From the NCBI GenBank assembly GCA_016788635.1, contig JAEUSU010000007.1, positions 159,870 through 223,869 on the forward strand: DNA of 64,000 nucleotides. The letters run 5' to 3'. This stretch comes from Flavobacteriales bacterium. Lineage in GTDB: Bacteria > Bacteroidota > Bacteroidia > Flavobacteriales_F > PHOS-HE28. Of this stretch, positions 61,623-64,000 are shown in pieces. The notes beneath the pieces are model-generated. The model saw only the letters and a program-made list of their open reading frames with translations. It did not search any database and had not been told where the DNA came from. The number at the start of each line of letters is the position of its first letter. The first letter of the stretch is position 1. The position numbers and the translations under genes are program-made.

Positions 61623-61834
61623 GAGTTCTACTGACTGGTTTTGGTTGATCTGGCCTGTGCCCGGTGGTCTCGCCAAAGCACACCTGGGCCGTTGGGCGGC
61701 ACGAAAGTAGGCGGAATTCCGATCCCGGCAAGAAGGGACGGGGGGAGGGGGGGGTGGTACCGGTCATCATCCGTCCACCCGTCCATCACTTCCGTGTAGC
61801 GGGGCAGGCCTGGGAACCATCAGTTTCGTGTCCC

Positions 61835-63082
61835 ATGGACCGCTCGCTCGATCCCCGCCCGGCGCGTCGCAGGCGTGCCATGGTCTGGTCCGGCGCCGCC
61901 TTGCTGATGGTGTGCGCCCTGGTGCTCCTGGCCAATGGCATCGGCCGGTCGCGCGTGCGGGTGGAGGCAGGCAGGATCACCGTTGGCGAGGTATCGCGTG
62001 GTCTGTTCAAGGAGTTCATCCCCATCACCGGCACCGTGCTGCCCATCAAGTCCGTGTTCCTCGACGCCGTGCAGGGGGGTAGGGTGGAAGAGGTGCTTCT
62101 GGAAGATGGCCAGACGGTGGCGGCCGGCACCCCCATCCTGCGTTTGGGCAACCAACAGTTCCAGATGGATGCCATCAACCGCGAGGCCCAGTTGCTGGAC
62201 CAGCAGAACAACCTGCGGAACACGCGGCTGAACATGGACCAGCAGACCAATACCTGGCGGCAGCAGCTGGCCCAGCTGAACTATGACCTCAAGCAGATCG
62301 AACGCACCTGGCGCTTCAATGAAGGCATGCAGGGCAGGGGGCTGGTGGCTGAACAGGAGATCGCACGCAGCCGTGAAGAGTATGAATTGGTCCTCGAGCG
62401 CCGCCGTCTGCTCGTGGCGAACATCCGTAACGACTCGCTCTTTCGCCGCACGCAAGAGGGCCAGATCGTCGCTTCCCTCGAGCTTATTCAGGATAACCTG
62501 GCCTTTTTGCGCCGCACCCTGGCGAGCATGACCGTGGTGGCGCCCATCGCTGGAACAGTGAGCGGGCTGCGGGCCGAGATCGGGCAGACCATTGCGCAAG
62601 GCAGCCGCATCGCTCAGGTGGATGTGCTGGACGCGCTGAAGGTGCGCGCCCGTGTGCCGGAGCATTATGTGAGCCGCGTGTACCCGGGGCTGGCCGCCAC
62701 TTTCATCACCGCAGGGCGCGAGTACCAGCTGAAGGTGTCCAAGGTCTTTCCCGACGTGAGCAACGGTGAGTTCGACGTGGACCTCTTCTTTGAAGGGGAG
62801 GCACCCGAAGCCGTGAAACGTGGCCAGAGCCTGCAACTGCGCCTGCAGCTCAGCGAAGCGGAAGAGGCGGTCATGATGCCGCGAGGCCCCTTTTTCCAGG
62901 ATACCGGCGGGCAATGGGTTTACGTGCTCGATGCCGGGGGAAAGGCCGCCAAGCGTTCCGTGAAACTGGGCCGCCAGAACCCCGACAAGTATGAGGTGTT
63001 GGAGGGCCTTCAACCAGGCGACCGGGTGGTGACGAGCCGCTACGCCGCTTTCAATGACGCCGAGGAACTCATCATTCAATAA
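61835..63082 (+). CDS. HlyD/MacA-family efflux periplasmic adaptor
   Basis: It has one N-terminal TM helix, a biotinyl-lipoyl-like segment (VLPIKSVFLDAVQGGRVEEV), a coiled coil and a beta-barrel end. The start was trimmed to MDRSLDP. Confidence 0.75.
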   Translation: MDRSLDPRPARRRRAMVWSGAALLMVCALVLLANGIGRSRVRVEAGRITVGEVSRGLFKEFIPITGTVLPIKSVFLDAVQGGRVEEVLLEDGQTVAAGTPILRLGNQQFQMDAINREAQLLDQQNNLRNTRLNMDQQTNTWRQQLAQLNYDLKQIERTWRFNEGMQGRGLVAEQEIARSREEYELVLERRRLLVANIRNDSLFRRTQEGQIVASLELIQDNLAFLRRTLASMTVVAPIAGTVSGLRAEIGQTIAQGSRIAQVDVLDALKVRARVPEHYVSRVYPGLAATFITAGREYQLKVSKVFPDVSNGEFDVDLFFEGEAPEAVKRGQSLQLRLQLSEAEEAVMMPRGPFFQDTGGQWVYVLDAGGKAAKRSVKLGRQNPDKYEVLEGLQPGDRVVTSRYAAFNDAEELIIQ

Positions 63083-63122
63083 CGCACGAGCGCATCATGA
63101 TGCGCCCCAACCGTCCACCACC

Positions 63123-63818
63123 ATGAGCCTACTGAAGACCACCTCCCTCTCGAAGATCTACCGCACCGATACCGTGGAGACCACCGCGCTCAACGATGTG
63201 AGCATCGACATCGCCCAGGGCGAGTTCGTCGCCATCATGGGCCCGAGCGGCTGCGGAAAGTCCACTCTGCTCAACATCATCGGTCTGCTTGATGCGCCCA
63301 GCAGTGGGAAGTACTTCGTGAACGGCGAGGATGTGAGCGGTTACAACGAGCGTAAACGTGCCGAGCTGCGCAAGAGCACCATCGGCTTCGTCTTCCAGAG
63401 CTTCAACCTGATCGATGAACTGACGGTGGCGGAGAACATTGAGCTGCCCTTGATCTACACGCGAATGGGCAAGGCCGAGCGCGCCGGCCGTGTGAACGCC
63501 GCTTTGGAGCGCATGAGCATCACGCACCGTGCGAAGCATTTCCCACAGCAATTGAGCGGCGGTCAGCAGCAGCGCGTGGCCATCGCGCGTGCCGTGGTGA
63601 ACAGCCCCAAGCTGATCCTGGCCGACGAGCCGACCGGGAATCTGGACAGCGCCATGGGTGAAGAGGTGATGGGGCTGCTCACCGAGCTGAACCAGGCGGG
63701 CACCACGGTCATCATCGTCACGCACAGCCTGCGCGATGCCGGGTATGCGCAGCGCACCATCACGCTCCTGGATGGGAAGGTGGTGGAGGGGAATGTGCCC
63801 GTCCGGTCGTTGCTCTGA
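63123..63818 (+). CDS. ABC transporter ATP-binding protein (MacB/LolD family)
   Basis: It has Walker A GPSGCGKSTLLN, the signature LSGGQQQRVAIARA and Walker B ILADEPTGNLD. Confidence 0.9.
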   Translation: MSLLKTTSLSKIYRTDTVETTALNDVSIDIAQGEFVAIMGPSGCGKSTLLNIIGLLDAPSSGKYFVNGEDVSGYNERKRAELRKSTIGFVFQSFNLIDELTVAENIELPLIYTRMGKAERAGRVNAALERMSITHRAKHFPQQLSGGQQQRVAIARAVVNSPKLILADEPTGNLDSAMGEEVMGLLTELNQAGTTVIIVTHSLRDAGYAQRTITLLDGKVVEGNVPVRSLL

Positions 63819-63830
63819 GCCCACGGCAAT

Positions 63831-64000
63831 ATGTGGAAGAACTATCTCCTGATGGCGTGGCGCACCCTCAAGCGCGACAAACGCTTCGCCGCGCTGAACA
63901 TCATCGGACTGGCCATCGGCATCGTGGCCTGCCTGCTCATCTTCATCTACGTGCAGGATGAGCTCAGCTTCGATGCGCATCATGCCAAAGCAGACCGCAT
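63831..64000 (+). CDS. ABC transporter permease (FtsX/MacB-like), N-terminal fragment running off the window
   Basis: The ATG at 63831 opens MWKNYLLMAWRTLKRDKRFAALNIIGLAIGIVACLLI..., a typical MacB_PCD/FtsX permease N-terminus. It is absent from the ORF track only because no stop is reached. Confidence 0.7.
   Translation, partial: MWKNYLLMAWRTLKRDKRFAALNIIGLAIGIVACLLIFIYVQDELSFDAHHAKADR

Noticed and set aside
1-64000. I searched intergenic regions for tRNA, rRNA, tmRNA, riboswitch-like leaders, transposases, integrases, toxin-antitoxin pairs and known defence genes.
   Set aside because: The intergenic regions are short, and none shows cloverleaf-type or long conserved structured elements that I can recognise by eye. 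No ORF has recombinase, nuclease-helicase or defence-type motifs apart from the secreted DRGH nuclease. Absence cannot be proven without covariance-model or HMM searches.

Overview
This is a GC-rich chromosomal segment: hand-counted 60-nt lines in core genes give about 65-78% GC. The gene content points to a gliding, T9SS-bearing member of the Bacteroidota (gldB/gldC, several T9SS C-terminal sorting domains, a TonB-dependent receptor, an ECF sigma factor, an RRM protein, and TAnnTTTG -7 promoter boxes). I call about 52 protein genes and found no rRNA, tRNA, CRISPR, transposase or integrase. The main blocks are as follows. (i) 1-4.7 kb holds the tyrS 3' end, a LuxE-like acyl-protein synthetase, a Na/Pi cotransporter and a PhoR-like kinase. 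(ii) 4.7-12.7 kb holds two tandem ~1,100-aa VCBS/FG-GAP + UnbV_ASPIC (CRTAC1-like) lipoproteins and a secreted DRGH nuclease. (iii) 12.7-19.9 kb is housekeeping: a glycosyltransferase, trmB, an ATL-type alkyltransferase-like protein, Mrp/ApbC, NifU-like and korAB. (iv) 20-26 kb holds an ECF sigma factor, a long anti-sigma protein with a TonB C-terminal domain, a beta-barrel lipoprotein, an HTH regulator and a tandem USP. (v) 26-31 kb holds a T9SS M28 peptidase, nadE, a porin, gldB and gldC. (vi) 30.9-37.8 kb is a compositionally foreign insert that carries only two T9SS cargo genes and is bracketed by a 41-bp direct repeat duplicating the 3' end of gldC. (vii) engB is preceded by a 231-bp array of 33 perfect-register heptanucleotide repeats. 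(viii) 39.8-55.7 kb is a complete dcw cluster (mraZ-rsmH-ftsL-ftsI-murE-mraY-murD-[extra murD C-domain-only ORF]-ftsW-murG-murC-ftsQ-ftsA-ftsZ). (ix) The remainder holds yqeY, a two-component system, a TonB-dependent receptor, an RRM/RGG protein and a MacAB-like efflux operon. The most unusual items are the heptamer array, the gldC-3'-end island, the stand-alone MurD domain-3 paralog inside the dcw cluster, and clear MraZ-type operator repeats. All product calls come from motif and family recognition by eye, because no database search was possible. The many long antisense ORFs in the track are GC-driven artefacts.
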